A stretch of DNA of 64,000 bases from Azolla caroliniana (lineage: Eukaryota; Plantae; Polypodiophyta): contig JBHGNT010000005.1 of assembly GCA_043228905.1 (NCBI GenBank), positions 7,378,001 to 7,442,000 on the forward strand. Reading direction: 5' to 3'. Below are positions 10,401 to 19,310 of the stretch, piece after piece. The notes beneath the pieces were generated by a model. The model saw only the letters and a list, made by a program, of their open reading frames with translations. It searched no databases and was not told the DNA's origin. Within the stretch, counting starts at the first letter, position 1. The number at the start of each line of letters is the position of its first letter. Made by a program: the position numbers and the translations under genes.

Positions 10401-12931
10401 TGAGTCCGATAGTAGTCGTCCTGAAAAAGAATGGGAAAATTCGTGTATGTGTGGATTACAGAAAATTGAATGCAGCGACAATTACGGATGCGTTTCCATT
10501 GCCATTCACAGATGGGATATTAGATGCAGTAGCGGGACATGAAATTTATAGTTTCTTGGATGGGTTCAGTGGGTACAACCAGGTACGGATGAATCCGGAA
10601 GATCAGGAAAAGACAGCTTTCGTCACAGAATGGGGTGTCTTTGTGGCAGTAGTCATGATGTTCGGTTTAAAAACAGCTCCAGCTACATTTCAGCGGGTAA
10701 TACAGGAAATATTCGGGGAATATATTCCAGCTTTCATGCAGGTGTTTTTAGATGATTTTGCAGTTTATAGTCGGAAAGCGGATCATTTTGAGCATTTACG
10801 GCTATGTTTAGAAAAATGTCGAAAAGGGCGTCTTAGTTTAAATCCAGCCAAATGCGCATTCGGGGTAATGAGTGGTACATTACTTGGGCATATTGTCAGT
10901 CAAGAAGGGATTGCAGTGGACCCAGATAAAGTTAAAGCAATTATTGAGGCAACACCACCAACAAATGCTAAAGCTCTAAGTAGATTTTTGGGTCAAATTC
11001 GGTGGCACAGTAGAATGATGAGATATCTAGCAGACATTGCTATTCCGTTACACACAGCAGTACACAAAGTTCCTTTTATATGGACAAGTATAGAACAAGA
11101 TGCGTACGAATGTCTCAAGAAGATGCTGACGAACGTACCGGTAGTTCAACCACCGGACTGGAACAAACCATTTCATGTTTTCGTCGATGCGTCGGACATT
11201 GCCATAGGCAGTGCTTTAATGCAATTATCCGAACCAAACTGGTATAGGCCGGTATACTATGCCGGTAGGAAACTTTCGTCGGCCGAAAGAAACTATTCAA
11301 CAACCGAAAGAGAAGCTTTGGGAATGATATATAGTGTGAACAAATTTCGACATTACCTTTTGGGTAAGAAATTTACATTTCATGTGGATCATTCGGCTTT
11401 ACTGTATCTAGTTTCCAAACAAGAATTGACAGGCAAGTTGGCCCGATGGACATTATTGCTTCAAGAGTTTGAGTTTGACATTATACATCGACCAGGAGCA
11501 CAACACGCGATTGCTGACTATCTCAGTCGGCTTGAGTCTGGAGAAGAAGCGGTTGGGGTTAAAGATGATTTTCCAGATACTCAATTATTTCGGGTGGAGG
11601 CCGTAAAAGCACATGAAGTGAATGAGGAAAAAGAGGATGAATGGATTTCCGAAATGACGATATTTCTATCAACAGGAATTCCGGCCGAACACATGTCGAC
11701 AGATGAAAGAAAAAGAATTGCAGTACGAAGTCGGAATTTTTGTTTATTTAATGACATGTTGTATCATAAAGGAGCGGATGGAATATGGCGAAGGGTAGTA
11801 CGAAAATTTGAAAAATCAGCCATATTAACAGAGTCACATTGTGGAATTGCTGGCGGTCATTACGCAGGAGAAGCAACAGCCAGAAAAATATGGAATAGCG
11901 GGTTATGGTGGCCAACGGTGATGAAAGATGCTAACGAATACTGTAAGAAATGCGATTTGTGTCAAAGAATGGGACAACCAACCGAAAAGGATCGAATGCC
12001 TTTTCAACCGGTTTTACCTCTTGAGCCATTTCAGAAATGGGGCTTAGATTTTGTTGGCCCATTCAAACCAGCAGCTGCAAGAACCGGTAATCGATATATC
12101 ATAATTGCGACTGACTATTGCACAAAATGGGTTGAAGCAAAAGCTCTCAGGGACAATACGGCAGCATCCACAGCAAAATTCCTGTATGAGTATATATGGT
12201 GTCGATTCGGTTGCCCAATAGAATTGGTAAGCGATCAAGGCACTCATTTTATTAACAAGTTAATTAACGAATTAACCAATTACTATGCCGTAGTTCATAA
12301 GAAAAGTACGCCTTACTATCCCCAAGCTAATGGATTGGCAGAATCGACAAATAAAACAATTCAAACAATTTTAAAGAAGATAGTGAATGAAAATCGTACT
12401 GATTGGGATCAAAAGTTAAATAGTGCATTATGGGCATATCGTACTTCGTACAAAACATCCATTAAATCAACACCTTTCCGAATGGCATTCGGACTCGAAG
12501 CCGTTATGCCAATCGAATTTCAAATTCCGACACTTCGTATCCAAGCAACGAATAAGTTAAATGAAAAAGAATCGGAGCAGATACGCAAAGAGGCTTTATT
12601 AGTATTAGAAGAAGAACGGATTCAATCAATGTCAGCACTAGAACACAAGCAGAGACAAATCAAGGCATTCGTAAACCGACATCGAAGGAAATCGGAAGTG
12701 CAATTCGAAATTGGGAAACCGGTATTGGTATTCCAGACGAGAATGGGACTTATGCCTGGGAAACTCCGGTATAGATGGACAGGTCCAGTATGGATAATTA
12801 ATAGTAAAAATGGTACGTACCAACTGGGATCATTAACCGGAGAGGTTTTACCGAAATGGGTAAATGGATTTCGGCTTAAACCGTATTTGGGAGATATGCC
12901 GGTAAATCCGTTTATGCAAACGGAAGAGTAA
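7439..12931 (+). CDS. G1 Gag-Pol polyprotein (1830 aa, single ORF)
   Basis: Three CCHC knuckles, protease IIDGGSGVN, RT (LDGFSGYNQ, VFLDD), RNase H (VDASD, NYSTTEREAL), integrase (HHCC, GLDF, SDQG, NGLAES) and a GPY/F-like tail. Confidence 0.97.
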   Translation: MSYEEEAPVSCKRPRTRSVTKVVQQAFITKEQPESSTKWSKLPDLSDQLPSDEKQTEEVSFYDIWDDMPYTYSKFREGTDAEAHVRDFLTTWEINHGAQRLSADAEDKSKIAEFVLSLDGYSANWFAQNGLQGFPSFEVLTSKFLQLFHQQIPQKDLIAQFYALYQEKNETVSQFVIRFQNLQLQISRPIPDKELKEVFLEAVKEPLRTTLKVFDFRNQTIEQVIDKAIEMGRPPVNVQSMDMSALHRTLPTMEELQFRQAVQCTTCLNTGHSAIDCTLRTHCTICHSKLHSVEQCEYNLLNKTTASVRQIFADNGYQNNTNLFNGYQNNNFSQNQQNVQQNPVLQPNQIFSQQNLQPTQVTQAFQPGFAQSNPPFVQNPNQYFQQNNQSFQQGNPPFQGFQQNCPNVQPNSTFQPNLAFQPGNMTFQHNTQTVPQNNQMFQQSNFSPNQEFGIPHNIAQPNDNTEQFRPNRYKNKRFYKPKATRQYQQNSNGNEEQQFNNGQFAHGETSATFVPTCYICRQLGHYANQCPVKGKGPAVNMVIPEVQQVTTRSKSKQSEWEIQEEVRKAAKEWVDEANQSNVNRMLQDNNIDQDIVVQQSLENKEQEETWKLLADCQVSLPLKGLLKLVPRFTEKVAALITYKGSEQIAVHYNQPSNNPSIMDEQNPSIKVILYGQEIGNVIIDGGSGVNVINKTTCEKLGITEWEACPFWLRMADTSTVRPIGLLRQLDVIIGGHSFQISAVILQLETQGAYPLLLGRPWLKTANIKQNWKQNVLTFRKGKNKVRIPTHNKVTTSKQSLPVYAEAVNMMEGLDEEEESQYFDDNQKIIPLFEVDILQALTPYVDSHEEVPIDEQTIKEIRMQQEATDKELQVSQRVQASALEEIDLAGVEDAERKTILIARDLMENDKRTLTTLLLQYKDVFAWSFDDMKGLDPAFCQHQINLHKDAKPVQQRRYRLNPNYAIKVKEEIDKLLKVGFIRPVKKSTWLSPIVVVLKKNGKIRVCVDYRKLNAATITDAFPLPFTDGILDAVAGHEIYSFLDGFSGYNQVRMNPEDQEKTAFVTEWGVFVAVVMMFGLKTAPATFQRVIQEIFGEYIPAFMQVFLDDFAVYSRKADHFEHLRLCLEKCRKGRLSLNPAKCAFGVMSGTLLGHIVSQEGIAVDPDKVKAIIEATPPTNAKALSRFLGQIRWHSRMMRYLADIAIPLHTAVHKVPFIWTSIEQDAYECLKKMLTNVPVVQPPDWNKPFHVFVDASDIAIGSALMQLSEPNWYRPVYYAGRKLSSAERNYSTTEREALGMIYSVNKFRHYLLGKKFTFHVDHSALLYLVSKQELTGKLARWTLLLQEFEFDIIHRPGAQHAIADYLSRLESGEEAVGVKDDFPDTQLFRVEAVKAHEVNEEKEDEWISEMTIFLSTGIPAEHMSTDERKRIAVRSRNFCLFNDMLYHKGADGIWRRVVRKFEKSAILTESHCGIAGGHYAGEATARKIWNSGLWWPTVMKDANEYCKKCDLCQRMGQPTEKDRMPFQPVLPLEPFQKWGLDFVGPFKPAAARTGNRYIIIATDYCTKWVEAKALRDNTAASTAKFLYEYIWCRFGCPIELVSDQGTHFINKLINELTNYYAVVHKKSTPYYPQANGLAESTNKTIQTILKKIVNENRTDWDQKLNSALWAYRTSYKTSIKSTPFRMAFGLEAVMPIEFQIPTLRIQATNKLNEKESEQIRKEALLVLEEERIQSMSALEHKQRQIKAFVNRHRRKSEVQFEIGKPVLVFQTRMGLMPGKLRYRWTGPVWIINSKNGTYQLGSLTGEVLPKWVNGFRLKPYLGDMPVNPFMQTEE

Positions 12932-13352
12932 AAAAAAAAATAAAAAAATAAAAAAAAAAAAAAACTAACTAACTCACTCAATAGTTCTTGTCAAATGTGA
13001 AATACAATCTTGCCATAAACAGTATGAATCGACTATAAATAGAAAGAGGAATTGCATGATTATTAGTAACAAGTACAACCACTACACGTAGAGTGAATAC
13101 TAATTAATTCCTAGATTAATAGTAATTACTATTCTTTAAGTCATCATGCATAAATTAATATCTTTAAAACATATTTCTGTATCGTCTGTATCGCCAAAAC
13201 AACGGAAACGAGTGTAGATATCGAAACAGTCTGAGCCTCCTTCGTGCCCTAGATCGCCCAAACTCTGTTTTTCTGATTTTCATCGCTACAGAAACTGTGC
13301 AGATCTGCAACTGTCATCGACAAGTGATTCAGAACAAGGAAACACAGAAGTC

Positions 13353-15536
13353 ATGCCGATTCTTGTATCTGACGAACTGCGATTGTGGCTTCATGAGAGA
13401 AACTTACAAGGTTTCATCAAAATAGCAGAAGCGGAACCTCATCCGCAGGCGGAGGAATTGGTACAACAAATAGACATCACCAAAATCACAACAAAGAAAA
13501 TACGACATGCATTACAGATGCCAAGAGGAGGTTTTGAGGCAGTTAAAAAACCTTCATCAGAAGCACTCCAATCGTATTTCGGGGAATACTCACCCTCGGC
13601 AAAAGCATATCAGACTTATGGAGGTCGGGATGAGTTTTTTCATGAAGTGGCGAGGTTTTTACTAGAGGTGGGATTTGTCAGTCCTCGTTTTTATTGTATG
13701 CCGAAAAAAAGGGCTGGGTTTATTATAGCCGCATATGAAAAAGAGGATTTCAACTGGCCACTATTGTCGGGGGAAGCTCTGAGAGAGCAGCTACAAGGGG
13801 TAAAAACAGGAAAACCGATGAAGCAAATTTTTGGCCGTTGGTTATCAGTATTGTTTCCGATTCAAGAATCGGAAACTCCTGTTCAGTCAAGAAGACCACC
13901 GATAATACAAGCACCACGAAGACACCGACAGCTAGTACATGAAGAATGGATAGAAGAAGAATCGGCACATGCCGATAATATACAAACAAATATGTCTCAG
14001 TCGGAGCCACCTAGACCAGAGAATTCCGAAAACAGACAACCAGAAACAGTTGACAATTTGAGAAACAAGCAACAGCCAACAGAAAATCGACAAAGAACAA
14101 GGATTAAACAAAAAGCTAATCGGCAATTCCAACCAGAAAACAGGGAGGGATCAGCACCAAAAAGGCAACGCACAAATGAAAACTCGAATACGCCTGTGGT
14201 AACAGAAGTACTAAAACCAGGGGATGAGAGCATTTCGACACAACCTCACCAAGGACAATCTTCAAAAGTAGCCATTCGGGAAGCACATGGATACTTGGAT
14301 ATCCCACCAGCAGCACATGAATTAGCGGCCATTTTGCAGTTCGGAACTTCATACGAACTGGTTGAATGGTTGGCTAAAAGACTGACAGAAGTATCAGAAC
14401 GGCTGGCTCAAGAACATAATGACCGAATAATGATACAGAAAGCTTTACGAGGAGTGTTGGAACCTCAAGAAAAAGCAGAGATAGAGAAAATAGGCCGGAA
14501 AAGAAGTGCACAGCATAGAGGGGAGGCTATTGAAATGCCACCATTACATGAAGCACTGGTCGAAATTCATAAAGAATATGAAACGGCACGCAAAGCAGCC
14601 AGTGATATGGCTGAAAGATACAAAAGTGTATCAGCATCGGCGGAGGTGCTGAAGCATCAGTTTTGTAACATACAAGCAGAAAATAAAGAACTAAAGGAAA
14701 GTCTAAACAAATGGGAAACACAGGCACGGCTTATGGTGTCGGAATCAGAATGGCAACAGAAATTAGAGGATACTGAGAAAGCACGACAAGCAGAAACAAC
14801 AAGGGCCAACAATGCAGTATTTCGAACTATAGAATTAGAAAAACAATTAGAAACCATTCAGAATGATCAATACAAAGCTCTCGAAGAAAAAAATCAAGTA
14901 ATAAACGAATTACAGAAAAATCTAGAAGAAGCTAAGACGGCCAATCATACATATACCGAACAAATTGAAGAATTCGAAAGGTATATAGTGTCACAGGAAA
15001 GTCAATTGACAGAAAAACAGCAGAGTCTTGAAGAAGTCAACAGAAGAATGATGGAACAGCAGGAGGAATGGAGTAGAGAGAAATCGGCATTCGAACAACA
15101 ACTGGACGAAATTCGGAAGATAGCGGAACAAAGACGGCTGGATATATATGTAGTCGAATCCAAATTAATGCGAGCTGAAAGTGAGAACCGAACCACTATT
15201 ACGGATTTACAGAAAGAGTTGCAAACCGCCCAGTACGTCGCAAGCATCACTAGGGACAAAGTGCAGCACATCATAGGTAAACATCGAAACCTAGCAAAGA
15301 AACTGATTGATGAATCCCTTGCGCAAGGATGGAAGTTATGGACAGCACAAGCGGCGGAATTACAGATATTGCGTGCCGACAAAAATAACCGTCAGGTACA
15401 AGGTGCAGGTTTTTTTAAAATGGCACAAAAGGATATTGACAATATCCAAGAGGATATCATGAAAGATATGGATGAAATTGCGGCATTTTACAGAGAAGAA
15501 ATTCAACGTATTATGCAAGAATTCGACAAAAAATGA
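13353..15536 (+). CDS. G1 extra ORF (727 aa): globular N-terminus, disordered linker, long coiled coil
   Basis: Long uninterrupted sense ORF between pol and the 3' LTR; E/K/Q-rich heptad region; no obvious transmembrane segment. Confidence 0.85.
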   Translation: MPILVSDELRLWLHERNLQGFIKIAEAEPHPQAEELVQQIDITKITTKKIRHALQMPRGGFEAVKKPSSEALQSYFGEYSPSAKAYQTYGGRDEFFHEVARFLLEVGFVSPRFYCMPKKRAGFIIAAYEKEDFNWPLLSGEALREQLQGVKTGKPMKQIFGRWLSVLFPIQESETPVQSRRPPIIQAPRRHRQLVHEEWIEEESAHADNIQTNMSQSEPPRPENSENRQPETVDNLRNKQQPTENRQRTRIKQKANRQFQPENREGSAPKRQRTNENSNTPVVTEVLKPGDESISTQPHQGQSSKVAIREAHGYLDIPPAAHELAAILQFGTSYELVEWLAKRLTEVSERLAQEHNDRIMIQKALRGVLEPQEKAEIEKIGRKRSAQHRGEAIEMPPLHEALVEIHKEYETARKAASDMAERYKSVSASAEVLKHQFCNIQAENKELKESLNKWETQARLMVSESEWQQKLEDTEKARQAETTRANNAVFRTIELEKQLETIQNDQYKALEEKNQVINELQKNLEEAKTANHTYTEQIEEFERYIVSQESQLTEKQQSLEEVNRRMMEQQEEWSREKSAFEQQLDEIRKIAEQRRLDIYVVESKLMRAESENRTTITDLQKELQTAQYVASITRDKVQHIIGKHRNLAKKLIDESLAQGWKLWTAQAAELQILRADKNNRQVQGAGFFKMAQKDIDNIQEDIMKDMDEIAAFYREEIQRIMQEFDKK

Positions 15537-15775
15537 TATAGGCACTTCCGTCCAGTTGGATAAAATCGAAGCCGAAAGAACCAGCAAGACTCCTGGTATT
15601 CAAGCTGCCGGAAGAAGTGAACCAGAGCAGCCAACCGAAGCACAACCTGCTCCGAAGGAGGACTGTGACACAGACGAAGATGAAGAAGAAGATATAGGTG
15701 GAATACATCCAAGGCCAGATGAACCTTCGATTTTTGATATTCTGAACGATTCGGATGAAGAGCTACAGGAATAGG

Positions 15776-15816
15776 CGTGGGTTCGCCGGACAAGGTCCTG
15801 GCCCACGTGCGTGCCA
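15776..15816 (+). other. tRNA-3'-half-like hairpin ending in CCA at the position normally occupied by the PPT
   Basis: CGTGGG-TTCG-[CCGGAC AAG GTCCTGG]-CCCACG-TGCGTGCCA-AG-LTR. GCGTGCCAA is the reverse complement of PBS bases 7390-7398. Confidence 0.7.
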
Positions 15817-16279
15817 AGTGTTACCCGGACCCGGACAGTCAGTTTTACCGAACAGGTGGGAAAGCGTCGAAAAACAGAGTCGGTTCGGATCGACTGTTCG
15901 GATCAATGACTCAGCAGTAAAACGAAGAGAACTAAGTTAGTTAGATAATTTTGTAAATCTTGTTAGAGAGTAGGAATAGTTCTTGATGAGAAAAGACCTT
16001 CGGTATACCTATAAAAGGGAACCAAAGGCATTGTAAGAAAGGTCGTTTTATTTAGTAATATAAGTTTAAGTTAGGAATATCTTGTACGGATTCTGTGTTT
16101 CTCTGTTGTCTATGATCTTAAGTGCAAGCTTCCTAATTTATAGCTAAATAACGATCACGATAATTACTGATTAATATAGCAATTCCGTTCGTAAAACACA
16201 ATTCCTTGTTAGAACGTTGAGTAGCGACGTTCACTCTTCTGTATCGGTAGTAGTTAGTAATTAGCCGATTAACAATAAC

Positions 16280-18637
16280 GGAGGGGAATACCGGGGGCAG
16301 TTCGCGGAGTACTGTCGCTCGAAGGGAATCCGGCTCGAGTTTACTGTGCCGAAGACGCCGGAACTGAACGGGCTGGCCGAGAGGATGAACCGGACCATAA
16401 TGGAGAGGGTCCGGAGTATGCTGGCGCATGCGAAATTACCCAAGCGGTTTTGGGCTGAGGCAATGTCGACGGCGACATACGTGATTAACAGATCACCCTC
16501 AGTACCTTTGGACGGAGACACGCCGCAGAGAGTGTGGACCGGTAGGGAAGTGTCCTACCGGCATCTGAAGGTGTTCGGGTGTCTCGCATACGTGCATGTG
16601 GCAAAGGACCGGAGAGGAAAGCTAGATCCAAAGACCCGGCCATGCATATTCCTCGGTTACGGCGACGACGAGTTCGGCTACCGAGTATGGGACCCGGTCG
16701 ACAAGAAGATATTCAGGAGTCGAGATATCATCTTCATGGAGGACAAGATGCTCGCCGACTGGGAGTCGGAGAAGAAGATGAAGAGCTCCAAGTCGACCGG
16801 TGAGAATCAACTCTACGAGGAGCAGTCCCGACCGGCAAGGGACCGGTTAACACTCGAAGATCCGGCCGAAGACGGTGAAGAAACAGAACCGGCCGAAGAA
16901 GATGAAAATGATACCGGAACCGGCCCCGATCCCGAAATGGATTCGGATGAAGAGGAAACGGAGGAGCCGGTTGCCGAAGCTCCGGAACGGAGATATCCTC
17001 TAAGAGAGAGAAGGGCCCCCCGGAGATTTCCGGAACCAGAGCACGTGCTGCTAACCGACGAGGGGGAGCCGGAGAGCTTTGAAGAAGCGAAGCATGACAC
17101 CCATAGCCGCAGGTGGCTAAGTGCCATGCAGGAGGAGATGGATTCCCTGCATGAGAACCACACATATGAACTTGTGGAGTTGCCGAAAGGAAAACGGGCA
17201 CTCCGTAACAAGTGGGTGTTCAAGCTGAAACCGGGAGATGCCGGAAACCCCCCGAGATACAAAGCCAGGATCGTGGTGAAGGGGTTCCAGCATAAGAAGG
17301 GCGTCGACTTCGACGAGATATTTGCCCCGGTAGTGAAGATGACCTCCATCCGGACGGTGCTGAGCATAGCGGCAAGCATGGACCTCGAGGTAGAACAGAT
17401 GGACGTGAAGACGGCATTCCTTCACGGTGACCTCGAAGAAGAGATCTACATGCAGCAACCGGAAGGATTCGAGAAGAAAGGGAAGGAGCACTTGGTATGC
17501 CGGTTGAAGAAGAGCCTTTATGGTTTGAAGCAGGCTCCCCGGCAGTGGTACCGAAAGTTTGACTCCTTCATGACCGATGAAGGGTACCACAAAACGCAGT
17601 CCGACCACTGCGTGTTTGTGAAGAAGTTCGACGGAGGAGACTCTCTAATACTCCTCCTGTACGTGGACGACATGTTGATCGTCGGACGGGACCAGGTCAA
17701 GATACGGATGCTGAAGAAGGCTCTTCACCGAACCTTCTCAATGAAAGACCTGGGTCCGGCGAGGCAAATACTAGGGATGCACATCATCCGGGACCGGAAG
17801 AAGAAGCAGTTGTGGCTGTCACAGGAGAAGTACGTGACAAAGGTGCTTCAACGGTTCAACATGTCGGAAGCAAGACCGGTCGCGTCGACCCTCCCGGCAA
17901 ACTGCAAGTTATCCGGGAAGCAAAGTCCCAAGACAAAGGCTGAGAAGGAGGATATGATGAAGATACCATATGCCTCTGCCGTCGGGAGCTTGACGTACGC
18001 AATGGTGTGTACCCGACCGGACATTGGATACGCAGTCAGAGTGGTGAGCCGGTATATGAGTAATCCCGGCAAAGAGCACTGGAACGCGGTCAAGTGGATA
18101 CTCCGATACCTGAAGGGCACGGCAAATGTGTGCCTCCGATTCGGCTCCGGTAAGCCCGAACTCGACGGCTTTACCGATTCGGATATGTCGGCTGATGCAG
18201 ATACCAGCCGGTCCACATCAGGGTATGTGATGACGTATGCAGGGGGAGCTGTTTCGTGGCAGTCAAGGCTGCAGAAGACGGTTGCGTTGTCAACCACGGA
18301 GGCGGAGTACATGGCGGCTGTTGAAGCCGGCAAGGAAATAATATGGATGAAGGACTTCATTAGAGAGCTCGGTATCCGGCAGGAGGAGTACCGACTCTAC
18401 TGCGACAGTCAGAGTGCCATCCACCTTGCGAAGAACGCGGCCTACCATTCCCGGACGAAACACATCCAGCATAGATACCACTGGATCCGGGAAAGGATAG
18501 AAGACAAGGAGTTCGTGCTGACGAAGATCCACACGGACGAGAACGGGTCGGATATGCTGACCAAGGTGCTCACACCCGACAAGCTGGAAGCATGCCGGAA
18601 GAGGATAGGATTAGAGAGACTTCCCATGCCGAAGTGA
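16280..18637 (+). CDS. Copia A integrase C-terminus, RT and RNase H (3' part of gag-pol)
   Basis: Resumes in frame at GGEY after the TSD; ELNGLAERMNR, QMDVKTAFLHG, LYVDDML, STTEAEY. Confidence 0.95.
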   Translation, partial: GGEYRGQFAEYCRSKGIRLEFTVPKTPELNGLAERMNRTIMERVRSMLAHAKLPKRFWAEAMSTATYVINRSPSVPLDGDTPQRVWTGREVSYRHLKVFGCLAYVHVAKDRRGKLDPKTRPCIFLGYGDDEFGYRVWDPVDKKIFRSRDIIFMEDKMLADWESEKKMKSSKSTGENQLYEEQSRPARDRLTLEDPAEDGEETEPAEEDENDTGTGPDPEMDSDEEETEEPVAEAPERRYPLRERRAPRRFPEPEHVLLTDEGEPESFEEAKHDTHSRRWLSAMQEEMDSLHENHTYELVELPKGKRALRNKWVFKLKPGDAGNPPRYKARIVVKGFQHKKGVDFDEIFAPVVKMTSIRTVLSIAASMDLEVEQMDVKTAFLHGDLEEEIYMQQPEGFEKKGKEHLVCRLKKSLYGLKQAPRQWYRKFDSFMTDEGYHKTQSDHCVFVKKFDGGDSLILLLYVDDMLIVGRDQVKIRMLKKALHRTFSMKDLGPARQILGMHIIRDRKKKQLWLSQEKYVTKVLQRFNMSEARPVASTLPANCKLSGKQSPKTKAEKEDMMKIPYASAVGSLTYAMVCTRPDIGYAVRVVSRYMSNPGKEHWNAVKWILRYLKGTANVCLRFGSGKPELDGFTDSDMSADADTSRSTSGYVMTYAGGAVSWQSRLQKTVALSTTEAEYMAAVEAGKEIIWMKDFIRELGIRQEEYRLYCDSQSAIHLAKNAAYHSRTKHIQHRYHWIRERIEDKEFVLTKIHTDENGSDMLTKVLTPDKLEACRKRIGLERLPMPK

Positions 18638-18647
18638 AGGGGGAGTT

Positions 18648-19013
18648 TGTTGGGATTTCGGTCCCTCCGGATGGGATGTCCGGAGATGAATGACGGCAAG
18701 CCTGGTTACGGTTACGGAACCGGAGGATGAAGAGTACCCGGTTACGGAGCCGGATGACGAAGAGAAGACCCCGGCTATGGAGCCGGATGATGAAGACCCG
18801 GCTACGGAGCCGGATGATGAATGTACCCGGAGAGAGATCCGGATGCAGGGACATATTTGTGAATATGTTTGCCAAGGGCTCTTGAGGCTATATTTGTAAA
18901 TAGCCCGAAAGTCATATGTGTATAAATATGACTTAGGGCAAACAGTTGCTGTTGTTGCTCATTTTTCTGTGTATCGCCACTCTTATGTGAGCAAGAGAGT
19001 GAAGAGAGCAGCC

Positions 19014-19045
<32 letters not shown>

Positions 19046-19310
19046 CGAAGAGGTCGTTGCCTCTGTGTATTACCGCCGCCTGTGGCGAGGACAGTGAGCT
19101 CAAGGTTGTTGCCTTGTAGCTCCACCATTGTACATCTCTGATTATAGTGATAGTTGGAGTTTGAGGACTCCCGTGGTTTTTTCCCATTAGGGTTTTTCCA
19201 CGTAAAACATCCTGTGCACTCTTCTCTCTATTGTCTTCGTGCATTTCGTATTTCCTGTTTTCTGTGAGTTGATCCTATTCCTCGGTTGTGGCCGAGCACT
19301 GTGTTCAACA
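18648..19310 (+). repeat. Copia A 3' LTR
   Basis: Direct repeat of 4518-5176, followed by TSD GGCTC. Confidence 0.95.

Larger units (their letters stand above)
6924..16274 (+). mobile_element. Intact, very recent non-chromovirus Ty3/Gypsy (G1; Athila/Tat-like branch) with extra 3' ORF
   Basis: 456-bp LTRs at 6924-7379 and 15819-16274 appear identical. TSD ATAAC at 6919-6923 and 16275-16279. PR-RT-RH-IN order, no chromodomain. Confidence 0.97.
4518..19310 (+). mobile_element. Young full-length Ty1/Copia (A, Tnt1/Tork-like), interrupted by Gypsy G1
   Basis: TG..CA LTRs at 4518-5176 and 18648-19310, differing by about 2 substitutions plus GA-microsatellite length. TSD GGCTC at 4513-4517 and 19311-19315. 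PBS TGGTATCAGAGC at 5180-5191. PPT AAGGGGGAG at 18637-18645. Confidence 0.97.

Noticed and set aside
13353-15536. Retroviral env gene
   Set aside because: No signal peptide or transmembrane segment visible; env-like in position only.
15755-15775. Purine-rich GAAGAGCTACAGGAATAGG as the G1 PPT
   Set aside because: Interrupted by pyrimidines, ~45 nt from the LTR, and explained by acidic codons.
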